Shown here: piece after piece, positions 37,157 through 47,982 of the stretch
Layout of the letters: each line of letters begins with the position of its first letter
Numbering within the stretch: position 1 is the stretch's first letter
IMG/VR virus record: IMGVR_UViG_3300037067_026422
DNA length: 64,000 nucleotides
Source: a virus
Lineage: Duplodnaviria > Caudoviricetes
Reading direction: 5' to 3' (one strand)
Program-made: the position numbers and the translations under genes
The notes under the pieces: generated by a model
What the model was told of the DNA's origin: nothing
Seen by the model: the letters and a program-made list of their open reading frames with translations, nothing else
The model's database searches: none

Positions 37157-38347
37157 TTAATCAAATATCAGTGTGGGTCCACTATGTCTCTTGTATCCTA
37201 TTCCATTTTCAGTTACTACTTCAGCACTATAAGGATACACTATGATATATTCCACTTTTGTCTCATTGTAACTAAAAATCCCTGCGTATACAGTAAGAGA
37301 CACGGTATAATAACCAGATTCGGTATATGTATGAACAGGGTTCTTCTCCGTAGAATGAGGGGACCCATCCCCGAAATCCCAATCCCAGGCAGTCACAGCT
37401 CCCTCAGTCAGATCTGTAAAGTTAACAATCAAATCAGCTATACCATATCTTGGAGACCCAAAAAAATCCACGATTATTGATATTATCACATCAATTGAAA
37501 TTGTTGAGGACCAGAGGGATTCCAATAATAAAGACGAGGATTGAGCTTTTACTCTATAATAGTATGTTCCATAAGCCGGGACTGTGTCATTATAATTGGT
37601 CTGAAGTACAGTTACTGACACTGGGGTTAAAAAGCTTGGGGTAGTATCCCGTTCAAGAACATATTGATTTGCTCCAATAGAGGCATCCCAATCTATCAAT
37701 ACCCCCCAAGAAGAACCAATCTGAATAGCATTTAAATTCTGAGGAGCTTCTATCGTATAACTTTCTATGTACACATTTGGCGGGGATGCAACGTCAAGGT
37801 AAGTAATATCCAATTCAATTTTACCTTGATTTACATAGCTACTAATTTGACTCAATCTACTTCCGGACCATGTAAGATCTTCTATAGCTGGTAAGTCAGG
37901 ATTTCTTATATTGTGATAAAGGGCAGATTTCAACTCAGTAGCACTATTAAGGGTTATTACTCTTATAGCGTTTCCGGCTGATACATATACATCTACAGAA
38001 GTTATATCAGTATCAAGGCCTGTCTTTGAATACGTAATAACAGGTGGGGAAGCAACATATGGTTCTATTTCATACAGGGATAAGACATGTGATCGATCTA
38101 CTACCCAAATCCAAAATCTATCCGTATCCAATGTAAGGTCATTTTTAAGAGCTATAGTTATCTTATAATTATTAGCTAAAAAAGTGTTAGCTACATAAAT
38201 TTGACCTTCATATTCTTTTACTATAACTCTACCATAACCAAGTTGTACAGCCCATAAAGTGCCCTTTACTATAATACCCTGAGGTTCGGTCTCTATCCCA
38301 ATAGAACTTACAGGGTATTCATTTCTATCTAAAGAAGGTAAGGACAT
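37157..38347 (-). CDS. FN3 + PKD domain virion protein
   Basis: APQNL...W...Y...YYYRVKA (FN3) followed by WDWDFGDG...NPVHTY (PKD). Confidence 0.8.
   Translation of the reverse strand: MSLPSLDRNEYPVSSIGIETEPQGIIVKGTLWAVQLGYGRVIVKEYEGQIYVANTFLANNYKITIALKNDLTLDTDRFWIWVVDRSHVLSLYEIEPYVASPPVITYSKTGLDTDITSVDVYVSAGNAIRVITLNSATELKSALYHNIRNPDLPAIEDLTWSGSRLSQISSYVNQGKIELDITYLDVASPPNVYIESYTIEAPQNLNAIQIGSSWGVLIDWDASIGANQYVLERDTTPSFLTPVSVTVLQTNYNDTVPAYGTYYYRVKAQSSSLLLESLWSSTISIDVIISIIVDFFGSPRYGIADLIVNFTDLTEGAVTAWDWDFGDGSPHSTEKNPVHTYTESGYYTVSLTVYAGIFSYNETKVEYIIVYPYSAEVVTENGIGYKRHSGPTLIFD
37233..37455. repeat. 223-nt direct repeat, copy A (PKD coding)
   Basis: 6 mismatches versus 43563-43785. Confidence 0.9.
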
Positions 38348-38348
38348 T

Positions 38349-41300
38349 TTAAACTGTAAACTTTGTATAAGAGTACGTTAGTGTCAGATTTTTACCGGCA
38401 TCAGCAGCTGCAAATTTAAATTTACCACTGCTGCACATTCTATAAGTACCTGTTGTAGGGTTTATTATAGTGTAATATTGAGTATCCGTACCCGTATCTG
38501 TTATATTAATTGCTGTACCTGTTAAAGCATCTGCATATGATAAAGCCAACTTAATTGTTGTAGTACTAATATTGATAGCATAATAAGTATAATTTGACTT
38601 AAGTGGATAGGGTGTATTATTTATATCTACACTATTATAAACTGTAATTGCTGTACCTGTAGGTATATTTGCAGCTACAGACAGAATATCTGTAGCTGCA
38701 CTCACTGTATATGTGCCAGCTGATGAACTATAGTATGTATAAGGGGTAGTCAGCTCATATACTTCAGTTATGTAGTCTGTACTATCTAAATCTCTGAAAT
38801 TAGGATCAGAAGCTTCTGGAATGGTAATCTCATAGGGAGTTACAGCTGGAACTGTAACAGCATAAGACTCTACTACATGTGCTTCACAAACATAACTTCG
38901 AGCCTTTATCTGGACTGTTTGAAGGTTGTCTTTAATGGGGCAAGGACCAAACACAAAGTTAAAACATTCACCAGAGATAAACTGTAGGTCCCATGATCCA
39001 GACCCATTATTAAAATCTACAGACAGGCCGTTGACAAGGGTGTGCGTAGCTGTTTTTGGTATAGCCCTACTATTAGGATTATCTTTTACCCAAGCAGAAC
39101 CATCCCATCCATAGGCAGTAGATACTACTATATACGGAGTAATTAAATAATTATGCCATAAAAAGCCATACGTATGATTCCCATCGAGATCTATTACACT
39201 TCGTTTTAATGCACCCATAGCCCACCCAAACCCTCCCCCTACCTTTGTATATTGATAACTGGGCTCACTATTTGTTCCATAAGACAAGTTATAATAAACA
39301 GGAGCTGATCCTATTTTATACGTATTAGACATAACCTGACCACTCGCATGTACCCACATAAAGGTATCCGAACTCACTTGACCTATCTGTGCCCCCATAT
39401 CATTAATGCTTTGTGGGGAAGCAAGACTAAAAGATTCAGTAATAGTAGAACTCCCTATATTTTTACCCGTAACCGTAACTGTAAACAAGGTCAGAAGGTT
39501 GTAATAAAGGTAAACAACCTGGCTAGTTCCTTTACGTAAACAGCAGGAATAACAGAGCGCTGAAGCATTTACCCTATAATAACCCACACCATCATCCATT
39601 ACCCATGCTGTTTGATAGTTAGAATAGCTATTATTTTCATAAGATATCCCCCCCCGTAAAATTCTTCCATTATATGCCTCCAACTGACCACAAGTTATCC
39701 TAACCTCATTAGCCGTCATACCTTCTAAAGCTTGACCTGCCCCTGTAAGATATTGAGTAGCAGTTAATGCTCCCGTATCAATTTTAGACAATCCCGTAGT
39801 ATGGCCTGTCCAAAGATACCCGGTTATTGGATCTCTACAAGCATCTGTTATATTATTATCAATCATACCTGTGATAGTAAGCAATACAGGAGCCACAGTA
39901 GGTGTAGCAAAAGTATATTCATAAATTCCATCAGTAGTGCATATATACATTACAGTCCCACCATCAAGCACCGTAATTACTTTTGTTGCTCCCGTTCCAA
40001 ATTTGCATAAAGGTTGTGAGGTTTCAAGTGTATTAAAAAGCCATCTACAAACATTATTTATCAATCCTTTTCGGGATTGCTGAACAGTATATATATAACT
40101 ACCATTCTGTATAGAACCCCTTACCATACTTGCTGAATAATGCGTCACAAACTCCCCCTGATAGGTACCAGAATTATCAGCTATATAATCTCCTTCAGCA
40201 TAGTTAGTATAAATATTAGTTGTAGAATTAAGGTCCGCTGGCATGATATACCCATCATAATCAATCGCCATTGAAAGCTGATATAATATCCAAGGCTTAT
40301 ACATCCAAGCAGATCCGCTAGTGGGGGCTACCAGATTATCCGACCAGGGAAACAACTCTAATCGATAGGTACCCGTATTTTGTCTTATAAGAGTATGGTC
40401 CCCTACACCCTGTGTAGTCAGATCTATAGGAGTACCCGCAAGGGCTAAAGCATAAGTTTGGGCTATTTTAATAGACGTAGAACTCATTCTAATTATATAA
40501 TAATCAGTTCCTGCCACTAACGGAGAAGGAAGCGTACCTGTAGTAGTTAATCTATACTTATCCCCAGTAGCTATATCCTGAGTTACAGCTATTGCGTTAG
40601 TCCCAGTATCCACCGCGGTATAGTTAACAACCTCATCAACCAAATCAGATGCATCTCCCGTTTGGGTTATGCGTATCTTCCCGACAATTGAATATTTATT
40701 TGTTGGTGTCCCTGTTATTGAGACTGTCCCCACTGAAGATGACGGATATGATGGATCACTAAAAATCTGAGTCTCTCTTCCTGCTGGGTGCGGAAAAATA
40801 CGAGATATAGAAGGAACGAGTGTCTTTGTCTGAGAGTATCCATAAGTACAATGAAAAAATCCATAATAGGTACTAGGCGTAGTTAACTGACCCTGGTCTT
40901 TAATAACAAATGCTATTGCCCCCATGGGACCAGGAAAATCTGCTACTGCAGCATCTTTAAGAAAGGATACCCCAAACGGTGATCCATAGTTATACCTTGT
41001 CTCTGCCAGTATAGATTTATATCTAACAGATACCCCCCTTTGCATATAGTTAATATTAGAAGGGGGTAATAAAGAAGTTAAGCAAAATGAAGCGGTCTTA
41101 TATGTATCATATATGTTACCCATAAAGATACTTACATCTGTAAATATATTGTTGTTAAAACCGTACTCCAGATATCTATTATTTGGGGTATTATACCCTA
41201 TCCCAGGTGAATATGTAATATACACAGTATACTTTACATAAAGATACTGATTTGTATTCTGGGTGATAGGAGCAGACAGCTCTATAAATGAAACAAAATT

Positions 41301-41693
41301 GGGCTGGGGAAAATAGTTATTAGTCTCATTAAAAATTTTTATACCTATAACTCTTATTGTTCGGGGGGATGCCGGTTGAGAAAAATTATTATCACAATAT
41401 TTAGATCTTGCTATGTAATTTACATTGTATTGATCTGTAGTACCTGTCGCTAGTATATTAAAAATATTTGATGCCCCAGCTACCCTGTAATCTGTACCCG
41501 GGGTAGGTATACTATCCGATAACAAAATAGCCATACCATTATAGGCTGCTGCAGTAGACCTCGTAATCGATGAAATAAATAAAAAATTTAAAAATCTATC
41601 AGAGATGACATTCCATTGATTCCCCTCTTGCTCTACTTTATTTGTTTCAACGTTAGTAAGCTTCCACTCATAAAAACCCTTTAATTTAAACAT
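38349..41693 (-). CDS. Putative tail fibre/receptor-binding protein
   Basis: 1114 aa; two copies of PxPL...xYYxI..SxTxIKxAxxYAxALxGTxIxxTxxG; propeller-like middle region. Confidence 0.6.
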   Translation of the reverse strand: MFKLKGFYEWKLTNVETNKVEQEGNQWNVISDRFLNFLFISSITRSTAAAYNGMAILLSDSIPTPGTDYRVAGASNIFNILATGTTDQYNVNYIARSKYCDNNFSQPASPRTIRVIGIKIFNETNNYFPQPNFVSFIELSAPITQNTNQYLYVKYTVYITYSPGIGYNTPNNRYLEYGFNNNIFTDVSIFMGNIYDTYKTASFCLTSLLPPSNINYMQRGVSVRYKSILAETRYNYGSPFGVSFLKDAAVADFPGPMGAIAFVIKDQGQLTTPSTYYGFFHCTYGYSQTKTLVPSISRIFPHPAGRETQIFSDPSYPSSSVGTVSITGTPTNKYSIVGKIRITQTGDASDLVDEVVNYTAVDTGTNAIAVTQDIATGDKYRLTTTGTLPSPLVAGTDYYIIRMSSTSIKIAQTYALALAGTPIDLTTQGVGDHTLIRQNTGTYRLELFPWSDNLVAPTSGSAWMYKPWILYQLSMAIDYDGYIMPADLNSTTNIYTNYAEGDYIADNSGTYQGEFVTHYSASMVRGSIQNGSYIYTVQQSRKGLINNVCRWLFNTLETSQPLCKFGTGATKVITVLDGGTVMYICTTDGIYEYTFATPTVAPVLLTITGMIDNNITDACRDPITGYLWTGHTTGLSKIDTGALTATQYLTGAGQALEGMTANEVRITCGQLEAYNGRILRGGISYENNSYSNYQTAWVMDDGVGYYRVNASALCYSCCLRKGTSQVVYLYYNLLTLFTVTVTGKNIGSSTITESFSLASPQSINDMGAQIGQVSSDTFMWVHASGQVMSNTYKIGSAPVYYNLSYGTNSEPSYQYTKVGGGFGWAMGALKRSVIDLDGNHTYGFLWHNYLITPYIVVSTAYGWDGSAWVKDNPNSRAIPKTATHTLVNGLSVDFNNGSGSWDLQFISGECFNFVFGPCPIKDNLQTVQIKARSYVCEAHVVESYAVTVPAVTPYEITIPEASDPNFRDLDSTDYITEVYELTTPYTYYSSSAGTYTVSAATDILSVAANIPTGTAITVYNSVDINNTPYPLKSNYTYYAINISTTTIKLALSYADALTGTAINITDTGTDTQYYTIINPTTGTYRMCSSGKFKFAAADAGKNLTLTYSYTKFTV

Positions 41694-41707
41694 AGTACCT
41701 TCTTTAA

Positions 41708-43048
41708 CTAAAAAGGAGTAGAAATAATAGTAATTTCTGTTTTATAACCTGATGAAACAGCCACATCCCCTGTATCAGTCTCAAAATCTTTAGTTTCTAT
41801 ATACTCTGCTGTAGTTGTTACAGGAGACTTATACCCAGATGATATAGCTACATCTCCTGAATCAAACTCAAAATCTTTAGTCTCTATATATTCTGCTGTA
41901 GTTGTTACAAGAGACTTATACCCTGAAGATAGCGCACTAAAAAGCATGTTATCCTTAGTATCTACTGTGTAGTTATCTGGATCTATCAGTACTGTTTTAT
42001 CTGGATAAGGATATAATTCAAAAAAAACATAGTAATTAGGTGAGGTTACGAATTCATCCGTAAAAAGAATCGTATTTAATCTAATACCCACATACTTTAC
42101 ACCTATAGTCCCAGTCCATAATTTATACCTATTCTGGTACCCTGTAGCCTGATACTTACTAAGAGTATACGTAGCTTCTAAAATATAATCATTCCCTACA
42201 AGAGTAAAAAATTCATAAGTAATACCACTCTTTATATAAGAAAGATAATCTCCCCCAACAGAAGGTAAAAAAACGTATGGCTGATCATTAACGAAAGCAA
42301 AACCTGGTACTCCGATGGGATATTCATTACTTTCAATTACCACCCCGGATTTATATCCAGAACTACACCCTGCAACAGCTAAAGTGTTCTCTGGATCTCG
42401 ATTAAGCGTGATAGTACCTGAAGTAATTGTTATGCTCTGCAATGTCTCCCACGTTAACTCATCCGCAGGATTAAACTCCCTGACATAGGTAGCACTATCT
42501 TTTGTATAATTAAGATAAATATATCCTGTATTAGAGTTATAAAAACACATCGGATTAGAACCAGTGTTCAATAACTCTTCATAATCATTCCATGTCCAGG
42601 TAGAACCCAAAAGCGTTTGCTTCCTGACATAGATGTAATTACCTGAATGCTCTAACTCCTGTATTCTAGTAATAGATGAGTTACCTGAACTCACGTATGC
42701 CAATAAAATGACATCCTTCAAAAATGACATTGTTAGATTAGTACCTATCCCAAGGACACCTGCGGTTGTTACATATACCAGCTGAAAACTATTAGGAGTA
42801 GCTATTAGATTCCCACTACTCCAGGTAATTCCCGATATACCATTTAATTCTCCATTACCTGCTTCTACTGATATGTCAAAAGATGGTGCAACAAAAGTTA
42901 TTCTTGAAAAAGATATCTTACCCGTAGTTAAAAATTTTGAGTAAAAAGCAATTCTCTGTCCTGATGGAAGGACAATAACACTCGGAGAGCTATTGATTCG
43001 ATTATTATCCGTATCATAGGTGAGTTGATAAGTGGTCGTAGCATCCAT
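41708..43048 (-). CDS. Virion protein with C-terminal 29-aa tandem repeats
   Basis: SSGYKSxVTTTAEYIETKDFExDxGDVAx repeated (87-nt unit, 41742-41929). Confidence 0.65.
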   Translation of the reverse strand: MDATTTYQLTYDTDNNRINSSPSVIVLPSGQRIAFYSKFLTTGKISFSRITFVAPSFDISVEAGNGELNGISGITWSSGNLIATPNSFQLVYVTTAGVLGIGTNLTMSFLKDVILLAYVSSGNSSITRIQELEHSGNYIYVRKQTLLGSTWTWNDYEELLNTGSNPMCFYNSNTGYIYLNYTKDSATYVREFNPADELTWETLQSITITSGTITLNRDPENTLAVAGCSSGYKSGVVIESNEYPIGVPGFAFVNDQPYVFLPSVGGDYLSYIKSGITYEFFTLVGNDYILEATYTLSKYQATGYQNRYKLWTGTIGVKYVGIRLNTILFTDEFVTSPNYYVFFELYPYPDKTVLIDPDNYTVDTKDNMLFSALSSGYKSLVTTTAEYIETKDFEFDSGDVAISSGYKSPVTTTAEYIETKDFETDTGDVAVSSGYKTEITIISTPF

Positions 43049-43150
43049 ATTTTTTTACCAAAAACTATAAATTGCACCAGTTAGAGTAGTAACTGTTCCT
43101 TAAACAGCACATCCTATAAGTAGAATTTTATAAAATATATTAGTTGGTTA

Positions 43151-45517
43151 TTAATCAAAGATCAGTGTAGAACCCTGTTCTCTGGCAAATCCTGTTCCGA
43201 GTACCTCTGAAAAAACATTTTTTATTTCTACACCAGTCTCCATCTTTTTAGCCAATCCTGTACCCCATAAATATGCCTTTTTATCTGGATCGGGAGCAAC
43301 ATCATAAGTAGAGACATTAACCACTATGATATAACTATTTTTTGTTACGGTAAATGTCCCACTTATGCCAGATACGGTAAGATAAACAGTATATACCCCC
43401 GGGTGATCATAATAATGAGAAGGGTTTTGTGTGTAAGATACTTCCCCGTCACCAAAAGCCCAGAACCAGCTATTAAAAAAACCAGAAGAAATATCCTCAA
43501 ACTGAACAGTCAAAAATCTATACCCCTGCCTTGGAGTACCTATGAAATCAACATTAATATACGGATACACTACGATATATTCCACTTTTGTCTCATTGTA
43601 ACTAAAAACCCCTGCGTATACAGTAAGAGACACGGTATAATAACCAGATTCGGTATATATATGAACAGGATTCTTCTCCGTAGAATGAGGGGACCCATCC
43701 CCGAAATCCCAATCCCAGGCAGTCACAGCTCCCTCAGTCAGATCGGTAAAGTTAACAATCAGATCAGCTATACCATATCTTGGAGTACCTATGAAATCAG
43801 CATTAATATACGGAGGAATTATAGAAAATTCATACGCACCTATACTGGGGGGGTCTGCGTACTCAATTCCTAATATGTCGTATACTAATACCCCAGATAT
43901 AAACTGCCTTCCTGAATGATAACATGGACTTGTTCCATCTATTGATAGTGGATCGGACCCAGATCCTGCAAATTTTGGATCTTCCACTATTTCTGTAGCA
44001 TCTGGTGCTATAGGTAGTTCATTTTCCAAATACTCAAAATCAACCGTCATTACATTATTTGAGTGTATGAAACCTAACACTAAGCAATTTGATAAATTTA
44101 TTAAAGCGGATGGAACTACTTGATCTGTGTTAATTGCATTATTGTAGAAATGCAATACATTTAAGGGCATTCTACTTAACGATATTGCTACCCCTTGATA
44201 TGTTACACTTCTTATTGAGTTTCCCACTATTATTATATTATTATAATCTCCTACATAATTTGCATCTCTTTTGTAAATACTGCCTGCAGTTGTAGTTACA
44301 GATAGGTATATATCACCCTCTGGTGTTATTGCTATTCCCTGATACAACCTTGCCTGATTCTGTAGTGACGTGAAGGTAGTTGACCCCGCTGGTTGCCTGT
44401 ATACCGATCCACCTTTTCTTACTACATACACATCTCCGTTTGAAGCTACTGCTACTCCTCTTCCTTCAGCTGGTATAGAAGCTACTTGTAAAAAACCTCC
44501 CGTTCCACCAGTTCTTTTATATATTGCACCACCACTTGTTATTGCATATATATCACCATTTGGTGCTGCTCCTATACCTGACCAGTATCTGTCAGGTTCA
44601 TTTAGCGATACAAAACCAGCCCCTGAATCACAATAAATACCTTGATTCAAATTTGGGTCATGTACAACTCCACTAACTGCGTATACATCTCCGTTAGGGG
44701 CTACTGCTACACCCTCCCACGCTACGTCGGTTACAGAAAATATTGGTGTGAATGCACCGGCTCCTACTTTTTTGTATATAAACCCATTAAAGCTCACATC
44801 AGTACATGCATATATGGTATTTCCATCTGGGGATACTGCTACATCCATGTACCATGTGTCCGGGGCACCTAATGACACAAAATTACCTGTCCCCCCCATT
44901 TGTATAAAAATGTCACCTTGGGGTCCTGAGGCTGCTGCATACACATTCCCTAACGCATCTGAATCCATACCTTGCCACGAAGAAGAACCGCCAGGGGACT
45001 GATTTAGGTTTAGAAACTCTCCGTATGTTCCTGTATTGCTTAGTGAGATAGCATCTTCTGTAAAACCCTCAAATGTATTTCCTACGTACGTAATATCTTG
45101 TTTTTCATATTGAACTATTGCATTTGCAGCTATCCCACCACCATTAAATCTACAATGCTCAACCGTTGCGGGCCCATATACAAATTGATTTCCATCTGCG
45201 TCAATAGTATCTGTAAATATCCCAATATTTCTTAAAATACATCCTATAGCATCTGAATAGAAATTTCCAGTGCTTATATTTATCCTATCAATGAGTGAGT
45301 CTGTTCCAATAACAGAAGCTCCATAAACTGGGTACCCACCCCATTCATTAGGCTCTGTTACTAACCCATTTACGTACACTATGTCACCCACAGATAGTTC
45401 ATAGATTCCTTCTGTGTCCAAAGCAAGGAACAACTCATAAAAAGAAGTTGCCGCAGTTATCCTTGAGTCAAAAGGGTAAGTATTAGATCCTGTTGCTTCT
45501 ACATAATAAACTGCCAT
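43151..45517 (-). CDS. Beta-helix + beta-propeller + 2x PKD virion protein
   Basis: Repeated W.GVAVAPNGDVYA blades, SPC...G...D..G.....PSIGAYE, two PKD domains. Confidence 0.75.
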   Translation of the reverse strand: MAVYYVEATGSNTYPFDSRITAATSFYELFLALDTEGIYELSVGDIVYVNGLVTEPNEWGGYPVYGASVIGTDSLIDRINISTGNFYSDAIGCILRNIGIFTDTIDADGNQFVYGPATVEHCRFNGGGIAANAIVQYEKQDITYVGNTFEGFTEDAISLSNTGTYGEFLNLNQSPGGSSSWQGMDSDALGNVYAAASGPQGDIFIQMGGTGNFVSLGAPDTWYMDVAVSPDGNTIYACTDVSFNGFIYKKVGAGAFTPIFSVTDVAWEGVAVAPNGDVYAVSGVVHDPNLNQGIYCDSGAGFVSLNEPDRYWSGIGAAPNGDIYAITSGGAIYKRTGGTGGFLQVASIPAEGRGVAVASNGDVYVVRKGGSVYRQPAGSTTFTSLQNQARLYQGIAITPEGDIYLSVTTTAGSIYKRDANYVGDYNNIIIVGNSIRSVTYQGVAISLSRMPLNVLHFYNNAINTDQVVPSALINLSNCLVLGFIHSNNVMTVDFEYLENELPIAPDATEIVEDPKFAGSGSDPLSIDGTSPCYHSGRQFISGVLVYDILGIEYADPPSIGAYEFSIIPPYINADFIGTPRYGIADLIVNFTDLTEGAVTAWDWDFGDGSPHSTEKNPVHIYTESGYYTVSLTVYAGVFSYNETKVEYIVVYPYINVDFIGTPRQGYRFLTVQFEDISSGFFNSWFWAFGDGEVSYTQNPSHYYDHPGVYTVYLTVSGISGTFTVTKNSYIIVVNVSTYDVAPDPDKKAYLWGTGLAKKMETGVEIKNVFSEVLGTGFAREQGSTLIFD
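43563..43785. repeat. 223-nt direct repeat, copy B (PKD coding)
   Basis: About 97% identical to 37233-37455, offset 6330 nt. Confidence 0.9.
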
Positions 45518-45682
45518 TAAATTCCCTTATTCTCTGAGTTCCACTAGCCACTTGAGTAAGTCAATACAAGATCATAGGTATATGGGGTTACAGACCATAC
45601 AGATTCATCTGACCACATAAGAGACAAAATTCATTATTATTACATACTACTATAATATGTAAAGAATCAAAATAATAATATG

Positions 45683-46186
45683 CTATACAGTACCAAACAC
45701 AGCATCAATACCTACACTATATGCACCATATCCAGAATAGGGATGCAAGGGTCCCTGCATCCCTGTAGCTCCAATTGAATCCCCAAAATCCCACAACATC
45801 CCAGTAAATTGACACCCAGTTGGGGCTATGCTATCTAAATCAAATTGAACCGATAAGGGTTTATCACCACTCCTCGGAATACCTGAAAAATCCAACTTTC
45901 CAAGAATAATATCCCGATTTGGTATACTCACAGAAATAAAAGACCCACCATAATTTCTTATAAAAACAAAAATCTTATGGTATCCATAAGTATTATATAG
46001 GTGAACAGGATTCGCTTTTGAACTTGTAGTACCATCCCCAAAATCCCATAAATACTCATAGGGTGTGAATTCAAGATCAATTAACCTAAAATAAACCTCC
46101 AAAGGCATTACACCCAACAATGGAAGACTTTTGTCTACCAGCTCTCCACTAACCGGGTCTCTTTGAGATATTACAACTGATGTCAT
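45683..46186 (-). CDS. PKD-domain protein
   Basis: Two LWDFGD...HxY..G motifs. Confidence 0.8.
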   Translation of the reverse strand: MTSVVISQRDPVSGELVDKSLPLLGVMPLEVYFRLIDLEFTPYEYLWDFGDGTTSSKANPVHLYNTYGYHKIFVFIRNYGGSFISVSIPNRDIILGKLDFSGIPRSGDKPLSVQFDLDSIAPTGCQFTGMLWDFGDSIGATGMQGPLHPYSGYGAYSVGIDAVFGTV

Positions 46187-46203
46187 TACATTTCCTTGTG
46201 TAA

Positions 46204-46860
46204 TTAAATTGATTCGAGATACCCAGCTTGACCTCTGTTTTCAGTGTAGAAAGACTTGGTATCCTTTTCCACCGACCACACCATAAGTTCATCAATCTTC
46301 ATTGAGCTATTTAATACCACCTCTGTCTTTGACCTTGAAAAAGTCATAGGGGATGTATTTTCATAACTTATAACATCCAACTCTTTCAAATAGTGAGAAA
46401 AGCTACCCATATTCATTTTTCCAGTCATTCTGTGAAAATCAACAAATAGCCACTTATTGGGATCCCCCACTTTATCTCTTGATCTTATAATGGTGGTCTC
46501 ATCCTCAAAGACTAAATAAAAGTACTGATCAAAATAAAACCTCCAGTATTCACCTGATACTACATCAAAAGACTGCGCTATGATCAACTCCGGTATGGGC
46601 CTATAGTCATCAACTATAACATAATTTTCTTTGGTTACAGTAATCTGTTCAGTTTCAGTTTGAGCAATTAGAACAACAGTATATGTGCCAGGATAATAAT
46701 AGGTATGGTTTATAATAGACAAACCAGGCCCTTCTACTACTACTCCGTCCCCAAAGATCCATTTCCTGAAGATGATAGCGTAATCGGTAGGATCACTAAA
46801 GGTAGTCGATAAAAATCCTAATCCTGTTCGGTTTATAACACTAATGTCTGGTGCTGCCAT
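46204..46860 (-). CDS. PKD-domain protein
   Basis: WIFGDG...HTYYYPGTYTVVL. Confidence 0.75.
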   Translation of the reverse strand: MAAPDISVINRTGLGFLSTTFSDPTDYAIIFRKWIFGDGVVVEGPGLSIINHTYYYPGTYTVVLIAQTETEQITVTKENYVIVDDYRPIPELIIAQSFDVVSGEYWRFYFDQYFYLVFEDETTIIRSRDKVGDPNKWLFVDFHRMTGKMNMGSFSHYLKELDVISYENTSPMTFSRSKTEVVLNSSMKIDELMVWSVEKDTKSFYTENRGQAGYLESI

Positions 46861-46863
46861 AAT

Positions 46864-47973
46864 TTAATTTACCATTATAATTTCTGTTTTAGTATGCGCC
46901 CCTGCCGCATTAGTCGCGGTAAAGGTTACCAAATACATTCCGGTCTCCCCAAAGGTATGAGTTACTATACCAGAGGTATACACCGTACCATTTATATCCC
47001 ACCGAACACTTTTCGGGTAGAACATTGAGGCATCTATGAAACGAACGGGATAACCGGTCATACCTGTATAAAATTCACATATAAAATCTGCTATTGGGGG
47101 TTGATTAACATTGATCCAGGTATTAATAGTCCCGGTCAATCCTACATATCTACTATTGGAGTAACCTGCTCTACCCCCCTTATATTGTACACTATGACAA
47201 TTATCAACGATACCCTGTTCCAGTGCATATGGTGATTGCCCCTGATCTATAAACTCTATGCCCGTTTCAACAAAACTGGCTCCCATATATATAATACCAG
47301 TCACCCCTGCACCTGTAGATCCCCATAGCAAATCTCTCTCATAAACAGAATAATCTGTCACATAAATATCATCAGTTTTAAACTTATAATACGCTTGAAG
47401 ATTAAGATCATGGTATACCCCCGTACACCCCTGTAATCCTGTCATACCTTGAAGACCTACACCAGTATCTCCTTGTAGTCCTGTATACCCCATAAATCCA
47501 GGTATCCCTGTAGGACCCTGTAAACCCGTATAACCCAATAATCCTGTATATCCTACCGGGCCTTTTAATCCCTGATCACCTTTTTCATACGTATCTGTGA
47601 TGGTAAATGTGGACATCTTCGAATAAAAATTTATCTTCTTTACCTCAAACCCTACCAAACTCTGCTGAATAATAAACTGCCCTATCGGAACCTCATTAGA
47701 AAGGGCATCCCCATCACAAACATCTATATACTTCTCAGATTTTTTTATGGTATCAAAAACGAACCCACCTTTTGACACTGAATAATAAACATTCACAGCA
47801 GCAAAAAATCTTCTTTCATCCGGAAGACTAAAAAAGGTTTGAGATTTAATTGGAATAACAACATTTGACAATGATACTATTTTATCATTATAAAAAAAGC
47901 TGCCCATAGTCACTACATAATCTATGGATCCATCGATACTCTTACGCTCGAATATGTTATTTGTATTATCCAT
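46864..47973 (-). CDS. Collagen-like + PKD virion protein
   Basis: GYTGLLGYTGLQGPTG... run and C-terminal PKD. Confidence 0.75.
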   Translation of the reverse strand: MDNTNNIFERKSIDGSIDYVVTMGSFFYNDKIVSLSNVVIPIKSQTFFSLPDERRFFAAVNVYYSVSKGGFVFDTIKKSEKYIDVCDGDALSNEVPIGQFIIQQSLVGFEVKKINFYSKMSTFTITDTYEKGDQGLKGPVGYTGLLGYTGLQGPTGIPGFMGYTGLQGDTGVGLQGMTGLQGCTGVYHDLNLQAYYKFKTDDIYVTDYSVYERDLLWGSTGAGVTGIIYMGASFVETGIEFIDQGQSPYALEQGIVDNCHSVQYKGGRAGYSNSRYVGLTGTINTWINVNQPPIADFICEFYTGMTGYPVRFIDASMFYPKSVRWDINGTVYTSGIVTHTFGETGMYLVTFTATNAAGAHTKTEIIMVN

Positions 47974-47982
47974 GCTATTATC

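Noticed and set aside
37233-43785. 223-nt repeat pair as DGR template/variable regions
   Set aside because: The 6 differences are not adenine-specific on either strand (minus strand: A/G, A/G, C/T, C/T, A/C, T/C), both copies are coding, and there is no reverse transcriptase in the window.
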